64,000 nucleotides of DNA from Dehalococcoidia bacterium (GCA_965242755.1 OZ251500.1:1601339-1665338); one strand, 5' to 3'. Shown: positions 7,073 to 15,944, counted from the first letter of the stretch. The notes: generated by a model not told the origin, from the sequence alone. Program-made: numbers and translations.

Positions 7073-9050
7073 TGTCCGCTCCCTCGCCCTGCGCCGGGTC
7101 GGCGACCCGCTCCACCCGCGTAAAGACATCCCGACGCATGTCGAACCCAAGCACGGTTACCGAGAACGCCGTGGGGTCGGCGACATCCAGCAGGAGTTCG
7201 TTGCCGTCGGCCCCCGGCAGCGCTTGGCAGCCTTCGGCGCGAACTTCAAGCGCGTCCGCGCCGTGCAAGCGAAAATCGTGCGGGCTATAGGCGTTCATCG
7301 GGTTGCCGCGGGGCGTCTCATACGCGGCCCTGAGCCGGACGCGCTGCGGCGGATCGGAGACGTCGGAGGCGAAGCGCACGCGAAATCCCGTTTCCGCGCG
7401 CTGGACGTCAAAGTCCGGGTGAGAGGGCGGCTGGTCAGGGCGGTCCGGCTTCCCGTTGGGCTTGCCGTTCTTGGCTCTCCGCCGTTTGTCGCCGCGACTG
7501 TCTGCGGGGAAGATGTCGGCGAGCGCGTCCCGCTGCAACTCCACGGGCGCGGCATCCCATATGGAAAGCAGGCTGTTCGGCGCATTACGGACTTCGTCGA
7601 TCCGCCTCTTGGCCGCCACCCAGCGTTTCGCCGCGCGTTCGCTTTGCGGGAGCCACGCCGTGTGCGCGGGAGGCTCCGAGTCACGAAGCATCGCCGCCAG
7701 CGGCTCCGCCCCGTCCGCCACGAGGAGCGTCCGCGCCCTGCGCCGCCCAACGAAATCCATCTTCGTTATGGACAGGTCGCCGCGCACGTAGAAGTCGTGC
7801 CCCTGCGTCAGCGAATCGTCATGCTGGACGTAGAGACGGAAACTGGTCGGCTCCGCGCGGTCCGTCCCCTTCCGCTCCACGCTCGTCCGGACGCGAAACG
7901 CCAGCATTTCGCCGCTCTCGTACCGGGGGCGCAGCCCGGCGAGCATCGCGTGATGCTCGTAGGACGAGACGTTCCGGGGCGGCGAATGCAGTTCGACGTG
8001 CTCGCGGGGCGGAAGAGTCGCAGCGTCGCGGCACATCTCGAAGAGCCGCTGATAACTGCCCGCGCTGCGCTCGCCCTCATCGTCCAGGTTGAGATGGGCA
8101 AGGACATCGTCAATCGTGTCCGCCGTCACCTCCGTAACGGCGGAGCCGCCCTCGTCGACGGTCGCTTCCAACCGACCCGCGAGGATGGGGTAGAAGTAGT
8201 TATGCACGAGCGCCGCGAGGATTTGCCGCCGGTCTATCGGCGGGTCTCCGTCCACGCGAGGGAACGGAATGATCACGGACAATCCCGGCTCGTCCCTGAA
8301 CCGCAGGTCGAAGTCCTCGATGCACCGCTCAATGAACGGCCGGCGCGCGGGGTCGGACGCGAGCAGGGGCAATATCAGGCTGTGCTCGTCGCCGGGCTTG
8401 TCCCTTTCCCCGAGATACCCGTAAGGGTCGTGCCGCCGCCCGTCGACTTTGTGCATCGTTAAGACCGCCTGCCCCATCATCAGCGTCTCGCCGTCCGACC
8501 GGCGCCGCGCGACCGCGATGTAGGCGTTCGCATGCGATGCGTCGGGGAACACCCACTTGCCCAAGCCCCATGAGCCGCCGTCAAGGGCGGATTTGCCGGA
8601 ACGCCCCACGTTGCGGAAGAACCAGTAGAAGTGGTTGTTGTCCGCGTCCTCGTCGAACTGCAGCCAGTCGCCTTCCAGCCCGACCGTGCCTGCGTCTTCG
8701 ATTACCAAGTACGGCATCCCGCTGTTGGCGAGGCCTCGCAGAGCGACTTGCCGGCGGAAGTCGTCGTTCGGGTCGAGCCCCGCCTGCAGATGCTCCTCCA
8801 GCCCCTCGACGTATGCGGCGGCGCTGATCGCATCCAGCGGATCGTGAACGCCCTGCAGGGAGAAGCGCATGCGGACAGGCCCCGCGTAGGTTTGGTCCGC
8901 CCTCGATATGGCTGCGTCCAGCGAGTTCTGCACCGCCTCCCGAACGAGCCGCTCGTTGATCGTCTCGGCGGCGAACAACTCCCGCTCCATCGGGTCGTGG
9001 TTGATCTCCCCCGGCGTCATCGGGCGGAAATGCCAGCGCGTTTCGGCCAT
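7056..9050 (-). CDS. Cassette gene A: GHKL (Bergerat-fold, MORC/Hsp90/sacsin-like) ATPase with a long uncharacterised C-terminal region
   Basis: Motifs seen: N-box 'LVREAVQNSLDAA' (ExxxNxxD), G1 box 'LVIEDAGTVGLEG' (DxGxG) and a G2-like 'GGSWGLGKWVF'. The start is placed at ATG 9050 ('MAETRWHF') after a GAGGA Shine-Dalgarno. About 450 C-terminal residues have no motif I recognise. Confidence 0.75.
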   Translation of the reverse strand: MAETRWHFRPMTPGEINHDPMERELFAAETINERLVREAVQNSLDAAISRADQTYAGPVRMRFSLQGVHDPLDAISAAAYVEGLEEHLQAGLDPNDDFRRQVALRGLANSGMPYLVIEDAGTVGLEGDWLQFDEDADNNHFYWFFRNVGRSGKSALDGGSWGLGKWVFPDASHANAYIAVARRRSDGETLMMGQAVLTMHKVDGRRHDPYGYLGERDKPGDEHSLILPLLASDPARRPFIERCIEDFDLRFRDEPGLSVIIPFPRVDGDPPIDRRQILAALVHNYFYPILAGRLEATVDEGGSAVTEVTADTIDDVLAHLNLDDEGERSAGSYQRLFEMCRDAATLPPREHVELHSPPRNVSSYEHHAMLAGLRPRYESGEMLAFRVRTSVERKGTDRAEPTSFRLYVQHDDSLTQGHDFYVRGDLSITKMDFVGRRRARTLLVADGAEPLAAMLRDSEPPAHTAWLPQSERAAKRWVAAKRRIDEVRNAPNSLLSIWDAAPVELQRDALADIFPADSRGDKRRRAKNGKPNGKPDRPDQPPSHPDFDVQRAETGFRVRFASDVSDPPQRVRLRAAYETPRGNPMNAYSPHDFRLHGADALEVRAEGCQALPGADGNELLLDVADPTAFSVTVLGFDMRRDVFTRVERVADPAQGEGADNDPAV

Positions 9051-9119
9051 GCGGATTCCTCTGATGGGCAGATCAAGGGATGATACCCGGCCAGCATCGC
9101 GTCTGTCCATTCGCGCGGA

Positions 9120-9180
9120 GCGCCACTCCTCTCCTACGCAATCTCAGATCATTTCCGCCTACGCGGGAACCTACCGACGC
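9120..9180. repeat. REP-type hairpin between the cassette and tRNA-Leu
   Basis: 'TTTCCGCCTACGCGGGAACCTAC' (about 9151-9173) is the inverted orientation of the family core. It is preceded by 'CTCCTCTCCTACG', as seen in other copies. Confidence 0.6.
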
Positions 9181-9229
9181 AGTAGAGTTACGCCCAATCG
9201 CCCCCAACGGCGCTATAATCACCCCAAGG

Positions 9230-9315
9230 GCCGAAGTGGCGGAAGGGTAGACGCGGCGGTCTCAAAAACCGTTGAGGGCAACCTCATGCCGGTTCGAATC
9301 CGGCCTTCGGCACCA
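9230..9315 (+). tRNA. tRNA-Leu (anticodon CAA), class II with long variable arm, CCA encoded
   Basis: I folded this by hand. The acceptor stem is GCCGAAG / CTTCGGC. The anticodon stem GCGGT/ACCGT carries loop CT-CAA-AA. The long variable arm is 'GAGGGCAACCTCA', the T-arm is 'GCCGGTTCGAATCCGGC', and the discriminator A is followed by CCA. Confidence 0.9.
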
Positions 9316-9360
9316 AGCCTACGAACCTCGGCGGCGCTTCGGCGCCAAGCCTACGAATCT
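9305..9360 (+). repeat. Direct duplication of the tRNA-Leu 3' end
   Basis: 'CTTCGGCACCAAGCCTACGAACCT' (9305-9328) and 'CTTCGGCGCCAAGCCTACGAATCT' (9337-9360) match at 22 of 24 positions. Confidence 0.7.
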
Positions 9361-9421
9361 GCGGCGCCAATCCCGCCGAATCTTCCGGCGGACCTCCGGC
9401 GCCAATCCCAACCCGCGCGCT

Positions 9422-10945
9422 TTACCGCTGCGCGACCGCCTTCGGCTCCGGCGGCTGCAGGACGCCGATGTACGGCAGGTTGCGGTACCGCCCTCCGTAG
9501 TCCAATCCGTAGCCGATGACGAATTCGTCGGGGATCTCGAAGCCGACGTAGTCCAGATGGACGTTCGTCATTCGGCGGACGGACTTGTCGAGCAGGGCGC
9601 AGACGCGGAGGCTCGCGGGGCCTTTGGCCTCCAGGTGCTCCCTGAGGTAGCGCAGCGTGAGGCCGGTGTCGGCGATGTCCTCCACGACGATGGCGTGCCT
9701 GTCGGTGAGGTCGGTCGTCACGTCGCGGATGACGTCGATGCTCTCCTGGCGCTCTTCGCCGTAGTGGGTGATCTCCATAAACTCCAATTGCATAGGGAGG
9801 TTCACGGCGCGCATCAGGTCGGCCATAAAGACGACGACGCCGCGCAAGACGCCGATGAGCACGGGCTCCTCGCCCGCGTAGTCCTCCGTGATGCGCGCGC
9901 CAAGTTCCCGGACGCGCTCTTGCACGCGCGCCTCGTCGAACAGCACGCGCTCCGTGCCCTCGACCGAAACGCCGGCGAGCGGCCCGAACCCGTACTTGCC
10001 CATCAGCCGCATCAGGTCTTTGCGGTAGAGGAGTTGGACGTTCACCTCGGGGTACAGCTCCCGCACGCGCCGGAGTTTCCGGTTCTTCTGCGTGACGAGG
10101 TTCTGCTTCATCGTGGTGAGTTCGAAGTACTGGTCGTGCTCCGGCAGGTAGAAGTCGGGTGTGAACATCTCCACGACGCGGCTCCCGTCCCAGCGCAAGG
10201 GGAAGGAGCGCGGCTCGTAGAGGTAGTTGATCTGGTAGTAGTCGAGGAGGTCGGCGAACTCCTTTTCGCTGGGGTGCATAAAGGCTTTCGCGGGGCTCTC
10301 CTGCTCGCCGCGCCGCCGTCCGGCGCGGCGGCCTCCGCGTTTGGACGCGCCTTCGCCCCGAGGGGATTCCTCGCCCTCCGTCCCCGCCGGCATGCCGATA
10401 ACCGCGCCCTGCGCCGTCGCCCGCCGCTCGCCGGGGCGGAGCAACGGAGCGGCGCGCTTCTTCTCCGTAGCGGCGGAGTCGCTTGCCGCGGACGGCGCCG
10501 CAGAGTCGGCGTTCGCCCGCGAGCCGCGGCGTCCGCGTCTGCCGCGCGATGACCCGGCGGGCTGCGCCTCCTCGGATGCGGCGGGGGGAGATTCGCTTGC
10601 GGCGGGCGGCGCCGTAGCCTCGGCGTTCGCCCGCGAGCCGCGGCGTCCGCGTCTGCTGCGGGAGGACGCGGCTGGCTGCGTCTCCTCGGATGCGGGAGGG
10701 GAATCGCTTGCGGCGGACGGCGCCGCAGAGTCGGCGCTCGCCCGGGAGCCGCGGCGTCCGCGTCTGCTGCGGGAGGGCGCGGCAGTCTGCGTCTCCTCGG
10801 ATGCGGCGGGAGAATCGCTTGCGGCGGACGGCGCCGCAGTGTCGGCGCTCGTCCGCGAGCCTCGGCGTCCGCGCCTGCTGCGGGATGGCGCGGCGGGCTC
10901 GCCCTCGCGTTCGGGCAACTGCGTCTGTCCGGGTTCCTGAACCAT
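9422..10945 (-). CDS. hpt: Hypoxanthine phosphoribosyltransferase with a ~320-aa N-terminal extension (Arg/Ser-rich tandem repeats plus an uncharacterised globular domain)
   Basis: The C-terminal ~180 aa is a classical HPRT ('AIVVEDIADTGLTLRYL' PRPP loop, 'FVIGYGLDYGGRYRNLPYIG'). ATG 10945 is preceded by GGAGGAGCGG. There is no stop between the extension and the HPRT domain. Confidence 0.85.
   Translation of the reverse strand: MVQEPGQTQLPEREGEPAAPSRSRRGRRGSRTSADTAAPSAASDSPAASEETQTAAPSRSRRGRRGSRASADSAAPSAASDSPPASEETQPAASSRSRRGRRGSRANAEATAPPAASESPPAASEEAQPAGSSRGRRGRRGSRANADSAAPSAASDSAATEKKRAAPLLRPGERRATAQGAVIGMPAGTEGEESPRGEGASKRGGRRAGRRRGEQESPAKAFMHPSEKEFADLLDYYQINYLYEPRSFPLRWDGSRVVEMFTPDFYLPEHDQYFELTTMKQNLVTQKNRKLRRVRELYPEVNVQLLYRKDLMRLMGKYGFGPLAGVSVEGTERVLFDEARVQERVRELGARITEDYAGEEPVLIGVLRGVVVFMADLMRAVNLPMQLEFMEITHYGEERQESIDVIRDVTTDLTDRHAIVVEDIADTGLTLRYLREHLEAKGPASLRVCALLDKSVRRMTNVHLDYVGFEIPDEFVIGYGLDYGGRYRNLPYIGVLQPPEPKAVAQR
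10466..10885 (-). repeat. Four in-frame tandem repeats (111-114 nt) inside the hpt 5' region
   Basis: 'GAGCCGCGGCGTCCGCG' recurs at 10521, 10635, 10746 and 10857. The encoded unit is 'SRSRRGRRGSRA.AD.AAPSAASDSP.ASEE.Q'. Confidence 0.85.
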
Positions 10946-10979
10946 CCGCTCCTCCGCGCCGGACTGGGTCGTCGGGCGA

Positions 10980-13900
10980 TTATCGCACAGGCGAACGCTC
11001 CGCCGCTTGGACGGCGCCGCGCACGTAGTCCACGGTTGGCGCGACGTTGTAGTCGGAGCCGCCGAACGCCAGCGCCTCGACCGCGGCCCGCGCGGTGTCC
11101 ACGGACGTGTAGCACGGAATGCGGCGCTCCGTCGCGGCGCGGCGTATCTCGAATCCGTCGCGCAGCGCTTGGGCGACCTCCGCCACCGTGTTCAGCACGG
11201 CGTCCGCCGTTCCGTCGGCGACGATGGAGTAGGCGTTGGGCTCCGGCTCGCCGACTTTGTTGACTTCGTTGACGGCCAGCCCGAGGCCGCGAAGGAGCGC
11301 CGCCGTGCCGCGGGTCGCGTACAACTCGTAGTCCATCGCGCCGAGCGTCTTGAGCCAGGCCGCCGCGTCCGTCTTGTCTCTGTCCGCGATAGTGACGAGG
11401 ATCCGGCCGGTCGGCGGGAGCATCAGCCCTGCGGCCATGAGCGCTTTGGCGACCGCCGCGCGGGGGCTCACGTCTATCCCCATCACCTCGCCGGTGGACT
11501 TCATCTCCGGGCCGAGGTAGGAGTCCACTCCGGCGAGTTTGGACATTGAGAACACGGGCGCTTTCACGCTCGTCATCGGCGGGTCCGGCTGCAAGCCGCC
11601 TTCGCGCTCCTGCTCCGCGAGGGAGCGCCCCAGCATCACGTTCGTCGCCAGCCGCACCATCGGAATGCCGGTGACCTTCGAGATGAAGGGCACGGTGCGG
11701 CTCGACCGCGGATTGACCTCAATGACGTACACCGACGAGAGTCCGCTGTCCGCCGCGACGGTCAGGCCGAACGGCTTGCTTTCGTTCACGATGACGTATT
11801 GGATGTTGATCAGGCCGCGCGCGCCTAGCGCGATGCCGATGCGCGTCGTGTAGTCCACGATCGCGTCGCGCTCATGCGCCGACAGCCCCGCCGCCGGATA
11901 GACCGCCATGGAGTCGCCCGAATGGACGCCCGCCCGCTCCACGTGCTCCATAATCCCGGGAATGAGCGCCTGCTCGCCGTCCACCACCGCGTCCACCTCG
12001 ACCTCGCGCCCCTGCAGATACTTGTCCACCAAGATCGGCCGGCCCGGCGCGGCTTCGAACGCCCGCGCGAGGTAGCGGCGAAACTCCGTCAGATTGTCCA
12101 CGATCTCCATCGCGCGCCCGCCGAGCACGTAACTGGGGCGCACGACGAGGGGGAATCCCAGCCGCGCGGCTATCGCGTCGCCCTCCTCCGCGGACAACGC
12201 CGTGTCGCCCGGAGGCTGGGGAACGCCAAGCCGCGCCATCAGCCCGCCGAAGCGCTCGCGGTCGGACGCCAGGTCTATCGCGTCCGCCGACGATCCGAGA
12301 ATCGGCAGGCCCGCCGCGCTGATCGCCTGGCTCAGGTTGATCGCCGTCTGCCCGCCGAACTGCACAACCGACGGGGGATGCGCGCCGCCGACCTCCTCGT
12401 TCTCGATGACGTCGCGGACGCTCTCCTCGTCGAGCGGCTCGAAGTAGAGGCGGTCGCTCGTGTCGAAATCGGTCGAGACCGTCTCGGGGTTCGAGTTGAC
12501 CATAATGGAGTTGACGCCCGCCGCGTTGAGCGCCCAGGCCGCGTGGACGGAGCAGTAGTCGAACTCGATGCCCTGCCCGATCCGGATGGGCCCGCTGCCA
12601 ATGACCACCGCCTTCTCGCCGTCCAGCGGCTCCGCCTCGTTCTCCTGCTCGTAGGAACTGTAGAAGTAGGGGGTGACGGCCTCGAACTCCGCCGCGCAGG
12701 TGTCCACCATCTTGTAGACCGGCTTCAGCCCCAGTTCCTTCCGCAGCGCCCGCGCCTCCTCATGCGTCCGCCTCGTCAGCGCCGCGATAGCCTCGTCGGG
12801 CATGCCCAAGCGCTTCGCTTCCCGCATCAGCGCGCGGTCGAGCGGCTCCGTCCGCAGACGCGCCTCCATCGCGACGATGCGCGCCAACCCGTGCAGAAAC
12901 CACGGATCCACGTGCGTCGCTACGGCAAGCGCGTCAACGGACATTCCGCGCCGGAGCGCGGCGGCCATCGCCCAAAGGCGGTCGTCCGTCGGCTCGAGCG
13001 GGAGGTCCTCGGCGGGCGCCCCTTCCCACTCGGGGTCTTCCCAGAGGAGCGTTCGGCCTCCGATTTCGATGGAGCGGACGGCCTTCTGCAACGCCGCCTC
13101 GAAACTCCGGTCTATCGCCATCACCTCGCCGGTGGCCTTCATCTGCGTGCCGATGGCGCGGTCGCCGCGCGCGAACTTGTCGAACGGCCAGCGCGGCGAC
13201 TTGATGACGCAGTAGTCGAGCGCAGGCTCGAACGCCGCTTTCGTGCGCTGCGTAACCGCGTTCGGAATCTCGTCCAGCCTGCGCCCCGCCGCGATCTTCG
13301 CGGCGACCCGCGCAATCGGGTAGCCCGTCGCCTTCGACGCCAGCGCCGACGACCGGCTCACGCGCGGATTCACCTCAATGACGAAGTACTCCATCGGATC
13401 CGGCGCGCCCCCGGGCAGCGACTCCCCAACGACCGGATGCGGCGACAGCCCGAACTGGATGTTGCAGCCGCCCTCTATGCCCAGCGCCCGGATGATCCGG
13501 ATGCTCGCCGAGCGCAGCATCTGATGCTCCTTGTCGGAGAGCGTCTGGCTTGGCGCGATGACGATGCTGTCGCCGGTGTGGACGCCCATCGCGTCCAGAT
13601 TCTCCATATTGCATATCGTTACGCAGGTGTCCGCCGCGTCGCGCATCACCTCGTACTCGACCTCGCGCCAGCCGCGCATCGAGCGCTCCACGAGCGCCTG
13701 CCCGATGGGGCTCGCCGCCACGCCGCTCGCCGCGACCGCCTCCAACTCCTCCCACGTCGTCGCGAAGCCGCCGCCCGTCCCGCCGAGCGTGTACGCGGGG
13801 CGCACCACGAGCGGCAGCCCCAGCGCGCGCCCCGCCTCCATCGCCTCCGCCGCCGAATTCGCCACGACGCTCGGCGCCGCGGGCTCCCCAAGCCGCTCCA

Positions 13901-14306
13901 GCAACGCGCGGAACAACTCCCGATCCTCCGCCGTCTTGATCGTCTCGATGGACGTGCCGAGCAGCCGCACGCCGTGCCGCTCCAGCGCTCCCGCCTCGTG
14001 CAGCGCGACGGCCAAATTCAGCCCCGTCTGCCCGCCGAGCGTCGGCAGCAGACCGTCGGGACGCTCCCGCGCGATGATCCGCTCCAGCGTCTCCACCGTC
14101 AGCGGCTCGATGTAGACCGCGTCCGCGACCCCCTCGTCCGTCATAATCGTCGCGGGGTTGGAGTTGACGAGGACGACCGAGACGCCCTCCTCGCGGAGCG
14201 CCTTGCAGGCTTGCGTGCCGGCGTAGTCGAACTCGGCGGCCTGCCCAATGACGATGGGCCCGCTGCCGATGACCAGCGCCTTGCGAATAGGCGGGCGCGG
14301 GGCCAT
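10980..14306 (-). CDS. carB: Carbamoyl-phosphate synthase large subunit
   Basis: 'KALVIGSGPIVIGQAAEFDYAGTQAC' plus duplicated ATP-grasp halves and an MGS-like C-terminus. The start is ATG 14306 ('MAPRPPIRK'); the upstream part of the track ORF is non-coding. Confidence 0.95.
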   Translation of the reverse strand: MAPRPPIRKALVIGSGPIVIGQAAEFDYAGTQACKALREEGVSVVLVNSNPATIMTDEGVADAVYIEPLTVETLERIIARERPDGLLPTLGGQTGLNLAVALHEAGALERHGVRLLGTSIETIKTAEDRELFRALLERLGEPAAPSVVANSAAEAMEAGRALGLPLVVRPAYTLGGTGGGFATTWEELEAVAASGVAASPIGQALVERSMRGWREVEYEVMRDAADTCVTICNMENLDAMGVHTGDSIVIAPSQTLSDKEHQMLRSASIRIIRALGIEGGCNIQFGLSPHPVVGESLPGGAPDPMEYFVIEVNPRVSRSSALASKATGYPIARVAAKIAAGRRLDEIPNAVTQRTKAAFEPALDYCVIKSPRWPFDKFARGDRAIGTQMKATGEVMAIDRSFEAALQKAVRSIEIGGRTLLWEDPEWEGAPAEDLPLEPTDDRLWAMAAALRRGMSVDALAVATHVDPWFLHGLARIVAMEARLRTEPLDRALMREAKRLGMPDEAIAALTRRTHEEARALRKELGLKPVYKMVDTCAAEFEAVTPYFYSSYEQENEAEPLDGEKAVVIGSGPIRIGQGIEFDYCSVHAAWALNAAGVNSIMVNSNPETVSTDFDTSDRLYFEPLDEESVRDVIENEEVGGAHPPSVVQFGGQTAINLSQAISAAGLPILGSSADAIDLASDRERFGGLMARLGVPQPPGDTALSAEEGDAIAARLGFPLVVRPSYVLGGRAMEIVDNLTEFRRYLARAFEAAPGRPILVDKYLQGREVEVDAVVDGEQALIPGIMEHVERAGVHSGDSMAVYPAAGLSAHERDAIVDYTTRIGIALGARGLINIQYVIVNESKPFGLTVAADSGLSSVYVIEVNPRSSRTVPFISKVTGIPMVRLATNVMLGRSLAEQEREGGLQPDPPMTSVKAPVFSMSKLAGVDSYLGPEMKSTGEVMGIDVSPRAAVAKALMAAGLMLPPTGRILVTIADRDKTDAAAWLKTLGAMDYELYATRGTAALLRGLGLAVNEVNKVGEPEPNAYSIVADGTADAVLNTVAEVAQALRDGFEIRRAATERRIPCYTSVDTARAAVEALAFGGSDYNVAPTVDYVRGAVQAAERSPVR

Positions 14307-14547
14307 GGCGTCTACTCCCGCGCTCGCGCCGTTATTCGGTCTAGTCGTTTCCACTTCTCCGTCGCCGCGTCTCCTGACGCTGATTCCGAATGATACGCCA
14401 TCCGCGGCGTTGCCGTTCAATGCCGCAAGGAACAGCGGCGCCTCTGACGGATGCATCGCGTAACCGAAGCCGGCGCCGCGTCAGGAGCCCGGCGGGCGAC
14501 GCGAAGCGCCGCCCCTCTCTTGCGTAACGCCGCGTCATTCTTGTAGA

Positions 14548-14568
14548 TGTCAAGTAAATTCGTTGACA
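14548..14568. promoter_or_regulatory. Perfect palindrome TGTCAA-N9-TTGACA in an AT-rich patch upstream of carB
   Basis: 'TGTCAAGTAAATTCGTTGACA' lies about 240 nt upstream of the carB start, in an intergenic region that is otherwise GC-rich. It could be an operator and/or a -35 element on either strand. Confidence 0.3.
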
Positions 14569-14681
14569 GAATCACAGGGCTTGGATGGGCATTGCCTCCC
14601 AATCCTAGTCCGGCCAGCGCACGGGCGGAAGGCGCATTGTATGCGCGGAGGCCCGTCGCGCCCCGCCGTCGCAACGCCCTC

Positions 14682-15944
14682 CTAACCCCTCAGCAGGCGC
14701 TCGAATCTCGCGGCGGAGCGGTAGGGGCCGACCACGGAGAGCCGGCAGCCGTCCGGGCCGAGGTAGCGGCACGCCGCATCCGTGACGTCCTCCGCCGTTA
14801 CGCTCCGTATCCGCGCCACGACCTCGTCGGGGGTGCGGACTTCGTTCCGCAGCAGTTCCTGCCCGCCCATCCAGCCCATCACGGCGCGGGTGTCCTCCAA
14901 GCGCAGCCCCAGCCGCCCAATGGAGTACTCACGCGCCCGGGCGAGTTCCTCCTCCGTCACGCCCTCCTGCATTTTGGCGAACTCGGCGCGCGCGGCGCGA
15001 ACGCTCTCGGCGGCTTTGGCCGTGTCCACGCCGCAGCCGACCACGAGCGCGCCGCAGTCGCGGTAGTGCATCACGCTGCTGTGCACGTCGTAGGCGAGCC
15101 CCCGCCGCTCGCGCAACTCAAGGAACAGCCGGCTGGTCATGCCCTCGCCGAGCGCCGCGTTGAGCATGCCGACGGCGTACATGTCTTCGGCGTTGGCGGA
15201 GGGAGCGTTCACCGCCAAGCAGACGTGCGCCTGGTCGGTCTTGCGATTGCTCCACTCCACGCGGACGCCGCCCTCCGGGACGCTCGCCGGATGCATCGGA
15301 AGCGCATCGCCGGAGCGCTCGCCGCCCAGCAGCGCGCCGACCTTCTCGACGACCTCCTCGTGGGAGACATTGCCGGCGACCGAGACGACCGTGTTCGCCG
15401 GAACGTACTGCCGCGCGTGGTAGTCGGCGAGCTGCCCGCGCGTGAGCGCGCCGACCGACTCGCGGGAGCCGCCGACGTCGCGCCCCATCGGCTGGTCGGG
15501 CCAGAGCGCGCGGTCGATGAGGAGGTCGGCGAGCGCGTCGGGCTGATCGTAGGTCATCGCCAACTCTTCGAGGATGACGCCGCGCTCGCGCTCGATCTCC
15601 TCGTCGGCGAGGAGCGGGGCGGCGTACATATCCGCGAGCACGTCGAGCGCGACGTCGAAGTGGTCGCGGGCGACTTTCGTGTAGTAGAGCGTGGCCTCGC
15701 GGTCGGTGGAGGCGTTGATGACGCCGCCGACGGACTCGATGGCGCCGGAGATCATCGGAGGATCGGGGCGTTTGGCCGTGCCTTTGAAGAGCATATGCTC
15801 CAGGAAGTGGGACGCGCCGGCGAGGGAGTCGTCCTCGTAGCGCGACCCTGCGCCGACGAATATCCCCGTGGAGACGGAGCGGACGTGGGGCATCGCGCTC
15901 GTGAGCACGCGAAGGCCGTTCGGCAAGACGCTGCGTTGGTGCAA
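14682..15944 (-). CDS. M16 (pitrilysin/insulinase) family zinc peptidase
   Basis: Inverted zinc motif 'HFLEHMLFKGT' (HxxEH) near the N-terminus; 420 aa. Confidence 0.85.
   Translation of the reverse strand: MHQRSVLPNGLRVLTSAMPHVRSVSTGIFVGAGSRYEDDSLAGASHFLEHMLFKGTAKRPDPPMISGAIESVGGVINASTDREATLYYTKVARDHFDVALDVLADMYAAPLLADEEIERERGVILEELAMTYDQPDALADLLIDRALWPDQPMGRDVGGSRESVGALTRGQLADYHARQYVPANTVVSVAGNVSHEEVVEKVGALLGGERSGDALPMHPASVPEGGVRVEWSNRKTDQAHVCLAVNAPSANAEDMYAVGMLNAALGEGMTSRLFLELRERRGLAYDVHSSVMHYRDCGALVVGCGVDTAKAAESVRAARAEFAKMQEGVTEEELARAREYSIGRLGLRLEDTRAVMGWMGGQELLRNEVRTPDEVVARIRSVTAEDVTDAACRYLGPDGCRLSVVGPYRSAARFERLLRG

Noticed and set aside
5573-9360. An integrative island at tRNA-Leu carrying the GHKL cassette.
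   Set aside because: There is no integrase or excisionase. The duplicated tRNA 3' end lies on the opposite side of the tRNA from the cassette, and the cassette has host-like GC. The cassette is reported as a finding, but not as a tRNA-integrated island.
10108-11115. ORFs 10108-11115 and 10341-10940 overlapping the hpt repeat region.
   Set aside because: They are alternative-frame and antisense readings of the same 111-nt tandem repeat. The hpt frame has the Shine-Dalgarno and start, and continues into a bona fide HPRT domain.
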